This document shows positions 35,776 to 49,700 of a DNA stretch of 64,000 bases, piece after piece. Both the position numbers and the translations under genes were made by a program. Positions within the stretch are counted from its first letter, which is position 1. Every line of letters starts with the position of its first letter. This DNA is from Chrysomallon squamiferum (taxonomy: Eukaryota > Animalia > Mollusca), in assembly GCA_012295275.1 (NCBI GenBank), contig CM022670.1, forward strand, positions 29,078,001-29,142,000, read 5' to 3'. The notes beneath the pieces were generated by a model that searched no databases, was not told where the DNA came from, and worked only from the letters and a program-made list of their open reading frames with translations.

Positions 35776-38700
35776 TCAAACAAGTTCACTGAGGTCTGAA
35801 GTATGTTTTCTACTCTTCAAATGAGCTCTAATAATTATTGCGAATTCTTTACGATTAAGGAGCTCATAGGCCAGAGGAAGAAGATGAAGTATTGTGTTGT
35901 GAAATGTTTTTTCACCATATGTGAACAAGTCCAGTCCAAGTTCAAGGCCTTCTCCATAATCACATTCATCATTAGCAAACTGTATTAAAGTCATCAGCTC
36001 CTGAAGTGGCTCAAAGTTCTGATCTCGTTCTTTTTCATTTTTACTTTCAGCTATTTTTCTGAAAATCTTTTTCAACACACCTACAATTAAAAGATAAAAT
36101 CAACAGATCTTAAGTTATATAATTTTATTATTGGAATTGAGGAAAGAATTATTATTTGATTTTGTTCAAGTTGAAGTATTTGACAACATATTTTCATTTA
36201 GTTATTTATTACTGAAGAATAATTAGTTTAGAATAATTATTAAATGATGAATTGTTTTTAAAGCAAATGTCATGACTGTTTAATTGAATTGTTCACATTA
36301 TGCAATTTATAGAAATTGTGCATGACCATGTACAAAATGCAAAACACACAAAATGAGTTTAAACATAAAGTTTGACTAAGCTCTATTTCATTGCACAAAT
36401 GGGAATGTCTTGCGAGGTAAATTTCTAACAAAAGAATAAAAACACACTATACACTGAACTTGAATAAATCAATGATTTTATGTACCTGGTGCTTCAGGAA
36501 CTGGTCTGTATCCAACATCGTTTTCCACAGGGACAACAACTCCAGCACCATGAAAACTTTTGCACACTACCTTTTTATCTCTAGCTTTCATATTCTGAGT
36601 TCTAATTTCCAATGAATAATTTTTGTTACCAGCCCATTTTTCTAATCTTTCAGAGAGATGTTTTAATTTCTTATCTGCTTTTGATAGTTTCCATGCTTCA
36701 TCTGCCTTTTGTCTGGGAAAAAAACGGTCAAATAGAAAAAGTGAAATGTTGTTTTGTTTAATAAGATTAGAATAAAAATAATTTATTTTAAATGAACAAC
36801 TAGATCTCAAATCCATAATTTTCAAAGTTTTCAGATTATTTATGACAGCAATAACTTGTATGCTAACTAATTTTCATTAATAGCCTCTGTTTTTAAAATA
36901 CAATCTACAAGATAAATTTGCACCACTTTTCCACTAAGATCAAAGATCATTTATAAAAATTAATATTGATGATATATTGTTCTTTCTATTCCCCCATAGA
37001 GCAAAATATTTTAAATGATGTACTGGATGTTAATCTATTTCAATGAAGAGTATTTTTTAAAATAAATGTGAACAATATCTTTTTCTTTCATTACCCAATA
37101 ATATTTGTTTTATGACAAATATAAAAACAAACATTTACTTACTTAACTGCAGCAAAGAGGTTTTCTCCACATGGTGTAATGATGCCATTTTCTCTGGCAC
37201 AATTTGATGCAACAAATACAGGCAGTTCATATGGATCATCTCTGTAAAATTTACAATAAAATAATTTTACTTTATAATCTGTAGAGAATGCTAATACAGT
37301 AAAATATTCTTTCATGTTCACTCTTTCAACTTTCATAAAATACAGAATATTTGGTGTTTTCTGATGGGGTGTTTTTCTTCTCATTTTATGGGGAATTCTA
37401 TACCTGAAATATCCTAGGTGTAACTGTTTTTCGTTATCTCCCCTGATAACTGTGAGAAACTCAGGTGGGTCATAGTAATATCTCCAGTGCCGTAAGAAAT
37501 TTGGTTTCTGCCCTTTACTGATCTTTTTAATCCTTTTATGTTTTCCTGCCAGGATATCAAAAGGTCCAACAAGTTGAAATCCAAGAACTGACATCAATGC
37601 ATCTAATAAATCATAATAATAATAATTATTATTATTATAGGGTCATTCCATGTCAAATCACTAAAAAAAAAAAACATTTAAACCTGACCCTCTCAGATTT
37701 TTATGAAACTTGGCATACTTGTTGACTGGGATCCCGCAGCACCAAATTTTAGGCCGATCAGATAAGTGGTGTGGGAGATATAGCCCCCCGAATTTTGAGA
37801 TTTTTGGCAAAAATGGGTGTGACCACCAACCTTTTAACTCTTATACCTCAGGAACTATTGGGCCAATCTTCATAAAATTGGTATTGTTGAAAAAGCAGTA
37901 TGACAAGGATTCCAAATCTGCCATTATTTGGGGGGTCATAGACCTTTTGACCTTTGTTATGACCTTGAAATTGACCGTGTGAATCACATGACCTTGAGAT
38001 GACATTTATTGAAATTTAATCTCCCACATGTTAACTAAAACATATAAAAGTTTCCTGGGTGTAATATTTTTTGTTTAGCCACAATATAGATTTAAAAAAT
38101 GCACATACATGAAAATAACACCTTTTCAGCCATTAACATCTGATTAACTAAAACCTGAATGATCAATTCTGGATGCTAGGAATCACCGTCTCTTTTTATC
38201 ACCAAGTAAGACATTGTAGGCCTACATGTATGCATAAAGTTCACAAATTTTGAGAGAACTAGGTGTTTCTAATGCTTAACCTTCTCACCATCTTTGTATC
38301 GAATGCTCACTTTATCTTTCATTCCCAGACACATTCTACTGTTCTCATCACTTTCATAAAATTGGACTATTTCCTCCTTCAATTCATTTGACAGAACTTT
38401 CACTTGTTTCTCATCAGAGGGATAGAACCCCTTTCTCTTTCTTCACAGGATGGCTTTTTTTCACAAGGTAATTCATTGTTTCAAATTCATTCATTGTCCT
38501 TTCAATGGTAAAGGGTTGAATTTCTCTTTTAACTCCTCCAACATGTTCCTGAAAAAATGAAGGTCCAATTTTTCTGAGTCAAGGTCACTTTCAGGAGAAT
38601 GACTGTTTCAAGATGTCGTTTTAACGTTACTGTAGCTGATGCTAGTTTTTTCTGTCCTTTCATTTGTTTACTGGAACGTGCTAGTGAATGGAGTTTAACA

Positions 38701-41700
38701 GGAGTTTCACCTAAACTCGACAGAATAGAATTCAGATCAAAGTCCTTTTCTGGGGAAACAACAACCGGCAATTTGTCTGACAAGTTATCATCAAATTCTC
38801 CCATAGTGATACCACCCATACTAAAGCCATCCTCTGCAGGGGTTTGGACCTTTGATTTCTGTAGGCTAATCAAACAGTCACAGCACAACTTGTCTCCTGG
38901 CACTAGTGTCTTTGGATTTACTAAGCATTTGTAAGTGCCCATGCCAAAAATTCTTAAAGATCTAGTGCGTGCTTGCTTGGGATGGCAATTAAGGGGATCA
39001 CAATACTTTTTCCGCAATGTTGAAAACTTGATTAAAAGTTCTTGTTCATGATGTGAACAGATACTCTTGATGTCCCATGTTTTGATGCCACTTCCTCAAT
39101 TTTCCATACACTTCGAAACAACTCCTTTTTGGTATGATAGTGTTGATAACACACATTTACAGGAGTAAAAGCTGCAGTTAGCTCTAGAAGAAATAAGGAT
39201 TTTCAGTATGCCTGGGCCCTCAATTCAATAGAACAAAGTCAGTGCTTTCCTAAATATCAAATCAAACCCTGAAACCCTTTCAGTAAAGTTAAGCAAGTCA
39301 TAAAATGGCAGCAGAGTGAAATGTGTCATTGTCAAAGGCCCACAAGCCTTGGGCATTTAAGTCAAACTTTTCAAGTATATATCACAGTTTATCAAGGTGA
39401 AGGTAGACCTTGTTCATACTCTGTGCCAAAAACTGGGTGTACAAATACATTATGCAGTACATCACTTGATGAAGTCCGATTTCAGACTGGGTTGTACTGT
39501 TGTTGACTGAAACATTGTTCAAAACCATTGGCAAGGCCACATGACATGATAAAATAACTTAATAGGTTTTATGAAGAGAACATAATACTTACATATCAAC
39601 ATCTGACATTGTGTCCAACTTGAAAGCTTCAGATTGTCAAAGAAATCCAGACGAAGAAACTTCTTTGTCTTAAACTTCTAATTGCCATGTGCTGAAGGGG
39701 ATGTCACCATGGGATTTCAAGGAGTTCCTGACATGCCTGTTAAACCTTTGAGACTGATTGTGTAGATCATGTCATGCCATTTGGCATCTTTTCATATCGT
39801 TCAGGCATGTCAGGTGGGTTTTAACTCCAAAGATGAGTTTTTGGTCTCAGAGAAGTGTATACATGTAGAAAATGTACTTTGTAATGCACTGTATCAATCA
39901 TCCATGCAGATATGCATTTTTTTAATCTATATTATGGCTAAACAAAAAATATTACACCCAAGGTCATAACAAAGGTCAAAAGGTCAGTGCCCCCCCCCCC
40001 AAATAATGGCAGATTTGGAATCCTTGCCATATTGCCTTTTCAACAATACCAATTTTATGAAGATTGGCCCAGTAGTTCTGGAGATATGAGTGTTCAAAGG
40101 TTGGTGGTCATGCCCATTTTTGTCAAAATTTGCAAAATTCAGGGGGGCCATATCTCCCACACCACTTGTCTGATTGGCCTAAAATTTCAGATCTGGTGCT
40201 GTGGGATCCCAGTCAACAAGTATGCCAAGTTTCATAAAAATCTGGGACGGTTGGGTTTAACCCATTGGGTGATTTGACACAAAATGACTCTATAACAGAA
40301 ATAGTATAAATTATATTTCTGAACTTTGGATGTTATTAACATATTACTTAATTAATAATTAAATGTTACAGATAGTAGTAATAGATTATTTCAGGGTTTA
40401 CACTAACCTGCTGAAAACTCACAAGAGCAAAAAGTTAGATACAAATTTACAAACATTTTAAAATTTTATCCATATTAATAAAGTCCATTTCATAATTTTA
40501 GGAAGTTTTAGGATTAATTATTTTTATTTTTTTATTTTTTATTAATGGCTTTCATCTGAAAACATACCACAAGGGTTCTCTGGATTTTCATTCTGACAAA
40601 ATTCCCAGAAGTCATAGAAGTCTTCTGGCATGTCAACCAGAAATTTGTTTTTTATGTTTTCTTTCACATCCAAAGGAGATTGAGATTCTCTTTGTTCATC
40701 GTCTTGATCAGATTCATTGGTTTCCATTTCTAAAAACACAAATAAAAGTAGTTCTAAAAAACTGAATAAAGCAATGAAGTTTCCCTATTTTTAATTCAAA
40801 TTTTAATTTGAAGACTTTCTGTTTTTCCTGAATAATAACATATATATTTCATGTTTTACTGAAGAAAAAGGAGTGGAAAAAAGTTGTGGTATGTTTAATG
40901 CATTTCAATAATTACAGTCATTTCTAATTAAATATAAAGGACAGACTGAGTACCATTGAAGAGAAAGTAGTAATTTTTTAAATATTTCAGTATTTCAGCT
41001 GTAATTTCTGTCCTGAAATTTAAAGATACTGAGCTAAAGTACATTTCATTTTAATATACACAAAGTGACACATACATATGAATGCAAGATTTTTACCCAT
41101 CTTGTCTTCTGAATTGCATGGTTTATTTTCTTCTGCTAAAACTTTAGATTGCTTTCCTTCATCTTCACTTGGTTCACTTTTTGTCTCATCTTTATCTTGG
41201 GTTTCTTTTTTCTTGTCAATGAACGTATCAAGAGTTGTTGACTGCTTTTTCTCAAGTTTCAATTTCTTTGGTTTATTCTCTTCTTTTTTTTCCTAAAATT
41301 GAAATAAATCATTACAACCATTAATATTTATACAAAAACTGTCCCACACTGTAAATGAAATCAAAAGATAGTTAACAATTTTTATGAAATCTTTAAATGA
41401 AAATGATAGATATAAAAATTATAATGGTAAAATTGTAGTTAATCATTCACTTCTTTCTTCATATTTTCTCTTGTATTGAATAAATAATATTTTGGCCGTT
41501 ATAATTGAACTATTTCACTTTTAAATACTATTATACTGTTTATAAGAATACTTTTAATATTTCTTCCAAATTTTATTTAGTTTAAAAGTAAATTCGACCC
41601 GCGATCCATCATGTTCTTTTCTAACAGAAAACAGAAACAATAACATTTATTTTTATTAGGAAAAATTAAACCTCTTTATTTTGTTGTGTTGGATGTTTAA

Positions 41701-41794
41701 ATTTCTGCATATGCTGGGGATTCGTGCGATAACAATTAGCCCCATATTTGCATAACGGACGAAGATCCATCTCCCGCTTCTTTTTTGTAGCCAT
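35776..41794 (-). CDS. HPF1: Histone PARylation factor 1 with N-terminal PBZ zinc finger; 7 coding exons (41794-41672, 41292-41097, 40729-40568, 37602-37404, 37241-37143, ~36713-36485, ~36081-35776)
   Basis: [24 protein letters not shown]; [56 protein letters not shown]; catalytic region [19 protein letters not shown]. Confidence 0.96.
37640..40290 (-). mobile_element. Internally deleted Sola2-like DNA transposon in HPF1 intron 3; long TIRs (~37640-38115 and ~39900-40290), TATA 4-bp TSD, transposase N-terminal relic at ~38200-39020 (minus)
   Basis: Ends GGGTCATTCCATGTCAAATCAC / GTGATTTGACACAAAATGACTC (5'-GRG termini) flanked by TATA on both sides; ~400 bp of inverted homology; relic [16 protein letters not shown] and [23 protein letters not shown] resembles Sola2 transposases; frameshifts present and no DDD core seen. 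Confidence 0.85.
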
Positions 41795-42391
41795 AACAAA
41801 TTTATTTGTTTGTTATTTCTACCACTACACATTTGAGCATCTTAAAAATAATCGATGTAATGATTATAGCAGGTGAGTGAGCCATTATGATGCATCTCTG
41901 TTTTTTGAAGGGACCGCTGCTCGTGTCATATGAAGGCCCGAAATTAGGGGTGTTGGCCCTTAGAACCCGTTAGATGATTCCATTCCATGTTATTACTGGG
42001 ATGTGGTTTTGAAGCCATGTAAATACACACAGAGAAACATATGAAACATATGTAGTTTATGTACTGATGTTATTAAATATTTGCGTACTCTATATAGTCA
42101 GCCATCTGGACAAGGTGATAAACTGTAATGATATACATGTGTATATGTATATTTTTATTCTGCTATACAGAAGATAAAGATAAAGATACAGATGGTCGAC
42201 TGAACAAAACTTAAAAGACTAAATAATAAAATAAAATTTGTGACTATAATTTCTTCTTCTTCTTCTTCTACAGTTAATAATTTGGTCACATCACAAACAA
42301 CATTTAGTATTCTTTTAGTATAGGGGACTGTCCCGAATAATTACGAACATTACATAAAAAATATAAATATATGTGTATATATAAAAATATA

Positions 42392-42430
<39 letters not shown>

Positions 42431-43165
42431 GAGGCCGGGTACGTACAGCACCCTCACACAAAAACTGCACATTTCGATTACATTTTTATTTTCTCTGCCC
42501 GTTTATACATCATGATAAAAGCATAGTAATTATAATGCAGAGAATCGGCTCAAACGTCTTTCTCTCTTTGCCAGATATTCTCTCTTCTCTTTTTAAAGTA
42601 CTTTACGTGTAAACAAGGAGAAATAAACCTCAGACACGTTAATGGTGTTTATATATCTTTAGATTGTGCTTTTAGTTCAGTCCCTCAGATATATAAATAT
42701 ACATATATATATATACTATTGCCAGAGACCGTAAATTAAAGTAAATTTTTTTTTCTTAAAGTAATAATAAACTAAGGGGGAATAAAAAGAACAAAAACAA
42801 AAATATGAATGACTAAACATTTATTACTTTTAAAACAATTATTATACAATTAGATATTGTGTTGTTCTTTTCTTTTCTGTTTAATTTAAAACACAATGGG
42901 AAGTCAATGTTAAATGAAACAGGAAAGTTGGTAGAACGCATTTCAGTTGCTGAAACAAAATGCGTACCTTTCTTGTTTTTCACATTACCAGTCTATTGTT
43001 TATACGGGTACCTTGGTGAAATGTTAGACTGTTTGCATTTCATTATCGATATATAGTATTTACACTACATTATTGCGGATCAAAATACCACTGGACAGAA
43101 GAACAGTCTAAACAGTAATAACTATAGGGAAATAGGAATTTTATTTTATTTTTAATTACGTCGAA

Positions 43166-43557
43166 ATGGTGAGTTTATCAACTTTATGGGAGATAATAAA
43201 AGAAATTTATTTTACAAAGCATTTCCTTGACATAGAATGCATTTTTTAAAACTGTTTATAACAATTATTGTTTAAGAAAACTATTTTGATAATCTTTTTA
43301 TTCTATTGTTTCGTGACTAGTGTATAATAATAACATATCCATGAAATCAGATCATATCGGATATCCCCTACAAAGCTGAAATCGTGTTAGATTTCAGATG
43401 TCTTGAATATCTCAAATACAAAATTAACTGTTACATAATATATTTGTGTTGCAAATAAGAAAATAGGCAATAAATACAATTATACATTTTGAGGATGCGC
43501 TAGGCTGTTTCTCTTGCGGCTTTATCGTAACCTCGTTTCTGCTTGTTTTATTTTATA

Positions 43558-43646
<89 letters not shown>

Positions 43647-45405
43647 TATTTTATTTTTATTATTATTATTATTATTATTAATTTTTTTTTTATTGCTAAA
43701 CTTTGTTATTTGTATAGGTTTACTCTGAATAAATATATTTACACTTCACATTATTTATATATGCACCAAATGACATAAATATCGAAAATAAAAGTATTTT
43801 ATATTTTGCTACATATTCATATTGAGTTTTTATAATTTTTATAAATAAATAAATAAATAAATAAAGATGAGTCACCTTTGTCCAAAATATTTAGATCAAT
43901 ACCAAAACTAAATTAGAAATAAATAAAACTGGCACTGAATGTAATTTATTTGGATCCATAATCAAAGAAACAATTGCTTGACAATTTTATTTATGTATTT
44001 AGTTGAACTGAAGATCATTTAATGTATGGACATTACTAATGTTTAATATATGTACAACTGAAAAAATGCATTTTTGAATAGATAAAGTATTCACATTTTT
44101 TAAAGAGCCTAACATTCCATATAAAAAATGTTGTGGAATGTATTTTTTTCCTGTTTTAGGTAAACACATTAGCACCTTTTTTAGTTGTTTCTAAACCTTT
44201 ATGACACTGTTAGATAGTTTGAAATAAATGTTTTGTTTAACAATGCATGTAACATATTTTATTGAAATGATAATTAAGGAAGCACTCATAATTAGAGAGG
44301 AAACAATAAATTAATTAAATAAAAATCCATATTTAGCTTACTAGTTTTAACAGGTAAACAAAAATTAAACTTAAAATATTTTGTTTATTTTTTAGCCATC
44401 TGAAAATATCAGTGTTAAGGTCATTGCAAGATGCAGACCTCTCACATCAAATGAGTTATCCAAGGGAAGTAAATCTGTTGTTAAAGTTTCAGGTGATAAG
44501 GTGATTGTCGATGTAGCTGGAAGGGTAAGTAAAATGAAAATTTATCTGTAAATTTATATCTGAATGTATGTTAAGATTTTAAATTTTGATTCACCAAATC
44601 TGAATAATGTTTAACATGTATACATACTGGTTTTCCTTTTCTGCTTAAAAGAACAAACTTGATTTTTAAAAAACTTTGCAAGGTTTTAACATTTACATTT
44701 ATAGTTTTTTAAAATAAATAATGTATAATATTTGATTTTACAGGAAACCACTTTTTCATTTGATGGCACCTATTCACATGAAAACAGTAACGTAAGTTAT
44801 GGCAATCAACAAATAAAAAACCCTGACTACTGTTTAATAGAAATAACTACAGAGAGGCAGCAGTAAAATCTGTTTTGTATACCACTTATTAAAAAAATAT
44901 CTATGATTTTATTCCTTACTGTTCAAAATAAAATAAACTGAAGTGTATTAAAACTAATGTTGTTTTTTTTCACTAATTTTTGAATTATACTTAGACTACA
45001 CTAATGAAACATTTCATAATCATTTGCTTATAATTTTTGTTTCTTTTAAATTTATTTCTGAATAAACTGAATAGTAATTTAAATTAAATTATTGTGGTAA
45101 TGATTTATTTATTCTGTTTGAAAATTACAGAAACAGATTTACCAGGAGAAATGTGACCCACTCCTACATAGAGCCATGGAAGGATACAATCTTTCCATTC
45201 TAGCTTTTGGAGCTGTAAGTTTTTCTTCTTTTTTCTGACATTATCAGACATATTTTTGTTTTTGTTTACAGTATAAGCAGTTGTTGGCTGTGAGGCTTTT
45301 ATTTAGAACAGTAGTAAGATTTCGTTTTTAGTTTGAAATTCAGTTGAATGAAAGTTATGAAGGTTAATAATGTGATGGATTAATTACACATATATGGATT
45401 TCAGT

Positions 45406-45448
<43 letters not shown>

Positions 45449-46691
45449 GTGATTTTTTTGTAATAACATTGTTTTATAATTTCATTTTTATTTTGTTAGT
45501 TCAAACTTTGTTATATATTTGTATTGCTGTGTTCAAATGTTATGAATAATTATCAATAATTAAGGAAAATATTGTTCTTATTAGACTGATTCTGGAAAAA
45601 GTTATCTTATGAATGGCTGTGAGAGTGATCCAGGAATTGTACCACTGGTGAGTATTGTTTTTATTTATCTATGAGATACTTTATTTTACATGTAAAAATC
45701 AAAAATAATTATAGCTAACTTAGCTAAATCAGTAAATGAAGATTAATCATAAGATACTTTTTTCTTTTCTGTTCAGTTAGTGTCCAACAAGATTAGTTTT
45801 GTAAAATATAAATCATTTTTAATATTATTCTGAAATAAAGATAACTGTATTTGTATCTGTGTAATAACAAGATAAATAATGTTTAATTTATATTTATTTT
45901 TGCAGCTAAATCAGAGTCTGTTTAAGCAGATTGGAGAAAGAACTGCAAAGAAAGAATTTTTCATAACCGTGTCCTATTTGGAGGTTAGTAATATTTTCAG
46001 AAGTGTATGCATTTTGCAGGTAATATGTTTCGCACATAACTTGTATGATTTTTCATGCATGTTAGGTTGACCAACATTATGTATTTGTTGATAAGGATAT
46101 CAACAGATATACATTATTATTTAAAAATAATATTTGATTCTATAGTTATATGAAATATATAACATTGTTTTAAACTTATTTTTTGATTCTTATCATAAAT
46201 CTTTCTTTTTTAATGCAACCTTTATTATTTATTCTTTTATTTATTTAAACATTTAACTGCATACATATTTATCGTTCAAATTATCAAATATGCAAGTCTT
46301 CATCTATCTTTCTTATTTGCATGATAACATTTTACTATTGATCTGACAAAATGATACAAATAATTGTGTGTGTGTGTGTGTGTGTGTGTGTTTATTTGAG
46401 GTTTTTCTTGAAATTTGGGCTGCTATGACTGTAAAATATTTTCAATACTGTTTTCACAGATTCTGGATGAAAAGATGACTGACTTGCTGAATCCACACAC
46501 TAATCCCATGCAGATCAGACAACATCCTCACAAAGGAATGTGAGTAATAAATATTATTTTAACACTTTTGTAAACAGAAATCCATTTACTTGTAAAATAC
46601 CGTCTGGAAATATTTTATGAAATACATTATGAAATATTTTTGTTTTGATTGTATATGCATAAAATTAATATATGTATGTATGTATAGGTAG

Positions 46692-46732
<41 letters not shown>

Positions 46733-49700
46733 TATTATATCTGTATATATGTACAGATATTTATGTACATAAGATATAATAAAAAAGAAGTGATAATTAA
46801 ATTTATTATTGCCTGACTGTAGCAGATGATAACCAAATTTTGAAATATTTTATGTTTTTCATTATTATTTGGGAAAAAAACAATCTTTCAAATCTTTTTT
46901 TGTTATATTTTGACCAGTTTGTTCTTTTATCATTTTACTCTCTCAACATGTATTATTAAATAACTTTGAGCACTTCTGTAATTTAATTTTTTCTAGATAT
47001 GTTGATGGTTTGTCTGAGATGATTGTCCGGTCTTTGGATGACATCACTTTGCTGTATGAACAGGGATCACGAGCTCGAAAGATTGGAGCTACTGATATCA
47101 GAGCACACAGAGCCAGGTTCAGTAAATCAGAAACATTTAGCTTTTTGGTGGTGTTCTAATATTTCAACATGTAAAAACTATATCATTGCTTTAGGAAAGC
47201 TTCTGCTTTTCCAAACACTACAGGTTACATTTTTAAAAAGGAAAATTTGTTTTGTCTGTTAAATGGGGAGTCTCACATACACTTGAGTGGACCAAAGCAT
47301 TCTGTTAATAGCATCATCAACATTTCCTCCACTGAGCCATCCACATGTGACTAGGACTTTAATATTAAAATGTAGAAAAAAAATTGTTTAATTGTTTATT
47401 TCTTTTATTTTATTATTATTTTCTATGTTGCTGGGAGCTTTATTATTTTAATTTTCATTAAGCAGTTCAGTTTTATATTATTTAATAATTACTCATAAGC
47501 AAGAAATAATGTAAATCTTTTAAGTATAATCTCCTTGTAAAAAAACCATCAATTCAATAAACACCGTTATTGTATATTTTGGCACAATTTCTGAATTAAA
47601 CCATTTATTTGCCATTTTCAAAGAGCAATAAACTTGAATATAAGTTTTAAAAAAAACAATTTTCATTGATGATACTGTCATTACTATAGATTTAAAAAAT
47701 AAAATAATCATGTTTTCATTAGGGCTCATTCAGTGTTCTGCATCAACATAGAACAGAAGGAGAGACAATCAAGTAAAGTAGGGCTGAGATCTACAATATA
47801 TTTAGTTGATCTTGCAGGTAAATATCATTTTAACTGCACTTTACATTAAGAATTGAACTATGTACAATCTGTATCGTTGCTTTAGCAATATGTTATTCAT
47901 TTTTTTTACAGAGATTAACTAAATAAAAGTAAAAGTTTATTTGTGAGATTTAGAAAACCTGTGAAGTTCATATATTTTTTTATGAACAATTACTACCATT
48001 AATATAAATAATATATAATATAAAATGGTATAAAATAATAAATAATAACTTTTGTTATAATTACACCGTATCAATTTTTATATAAATATATCATAATGTA
48101 GTAAATTCAGATTAAGAAAACAAAATAAATTTAGGATTAAATTCATTATTGTAGAAATCAACACATTTATTGATTATATCAGTTGCCATGTAATTAATTC
48201 ATGGATCAGAATTCTACTGTTATGTGAATATGCTCATTTGTTTCTATTTCTTTTTCTGAACATAGTTATTGTTTAATGTATGATCACATTTGTAATTTAT
48301 AGACTATACTTATTTATGTACGATGTATTTTTAATGTATTGCCATATTTTAATTTATAAACTATGTCTATGTCAATACTTAATGTTTTTAATATATTATC
48401 ACATTGAAATGTATAGACTATGCTTATTTCTGTACATATAACCATATTGTAATATGCTAATTTATGAATTATTTATTTGTGTGTTTCAGGCACTGATGCT
48501 GGTGTCAGCACTGATCCAGATATTGTTGCAGGGTATGTGAATTATTATACTAACATGTACAAACAGTGGATAATTAAATCCATTAACTCTGTAATATGAT
48601 ATATGTTTATCAAAATGAACAAAAGTACTACATGAAAAGATCTCTTGCTTTATATTGACAAGTTTTGTCCACTGAATAGAGCTGTAAGTTCCCTTTTCCA
48701 GATATTATTAGTATATTATGATGTTATGTTTAGCATCTGTTAGAAAACAAAACAAACTAAAGATTAAATGAATTATTTTAGAAACCAGACCCACTGAGAT
48801 TGCCTCTTTCAGATAATATTAGAATAGAATGATATTATGTTAAATAAATATCAATGACAAACATATGTTCAGATGAAGGAAGTCAATAAAAATGTTTGTC
48901 AACATTAAAAGAAGTAGATTCTCTAACTATTAATTAGAAAGAGATGTGCAATAGATTAACCATCTCAGATGTCTCCAGTATATGATAAAATGTTAGTTTG
49001 AAATTACATAATTTAAATTTGTTATAGTAACAAATTATTGTTATTATTATTATTGTTGTTTTTGTTTTTAATTTTAATTTTAATATTAATTTATTTTTAA
49101 TTATTTTTTTACAGCACGCAAGGATTACTTCATGTTCTCAGTGCACTTGGTGATTCAAAGAAGAAAGGAAGCCATGTTCCATACAGAGAATCAAAACTTA
49201 CACGACTTCTTCAGGTCATTATGTCTTTTACTTTACTTTTATTTATTTGTTTTGTTTGTTTACTTTTTTATTTTTCTGAATTTATCAATTTATTATATTC
49301 GTTTGTTTATTTTATTTATTTACTTACATGTTTCTTAAAAAATACATTTTATTTTCTAATTTTTGAAATATATTCTTTTAATTTTTTATTTAATTTAATT
49401 TTATTAAATTTTATTTTAGCTTCAAATATTGATTGATTGATTTATTAGAAATTGTTTTTTAAGAATAATTATATTTTATGTTAGGATTCTCTGGGTGGAA
49501 ATTCTCTGTGTCTGTTCTTTGCACTGATTTCTCCTGTTGGTAAGTCTGTGTTTATTCTCATAATTAAAAATGATCCATGAAATGTTGATTTAGAAACAAG
49601 TGAAAATAATTTATAATAGATTTCTGTTTTGTTTTTTTATTATTATTTTTTTGTTGTTGTTGTTGTTGTTGTTATTACTACTATTACTATTATTATTTAT

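Noticed and set aside
37710-40277. ORFs 37710-37982 and 39987-40277
   Set aside because: They lie inside the transposon TIRs; chance frames in non-coding repeats.
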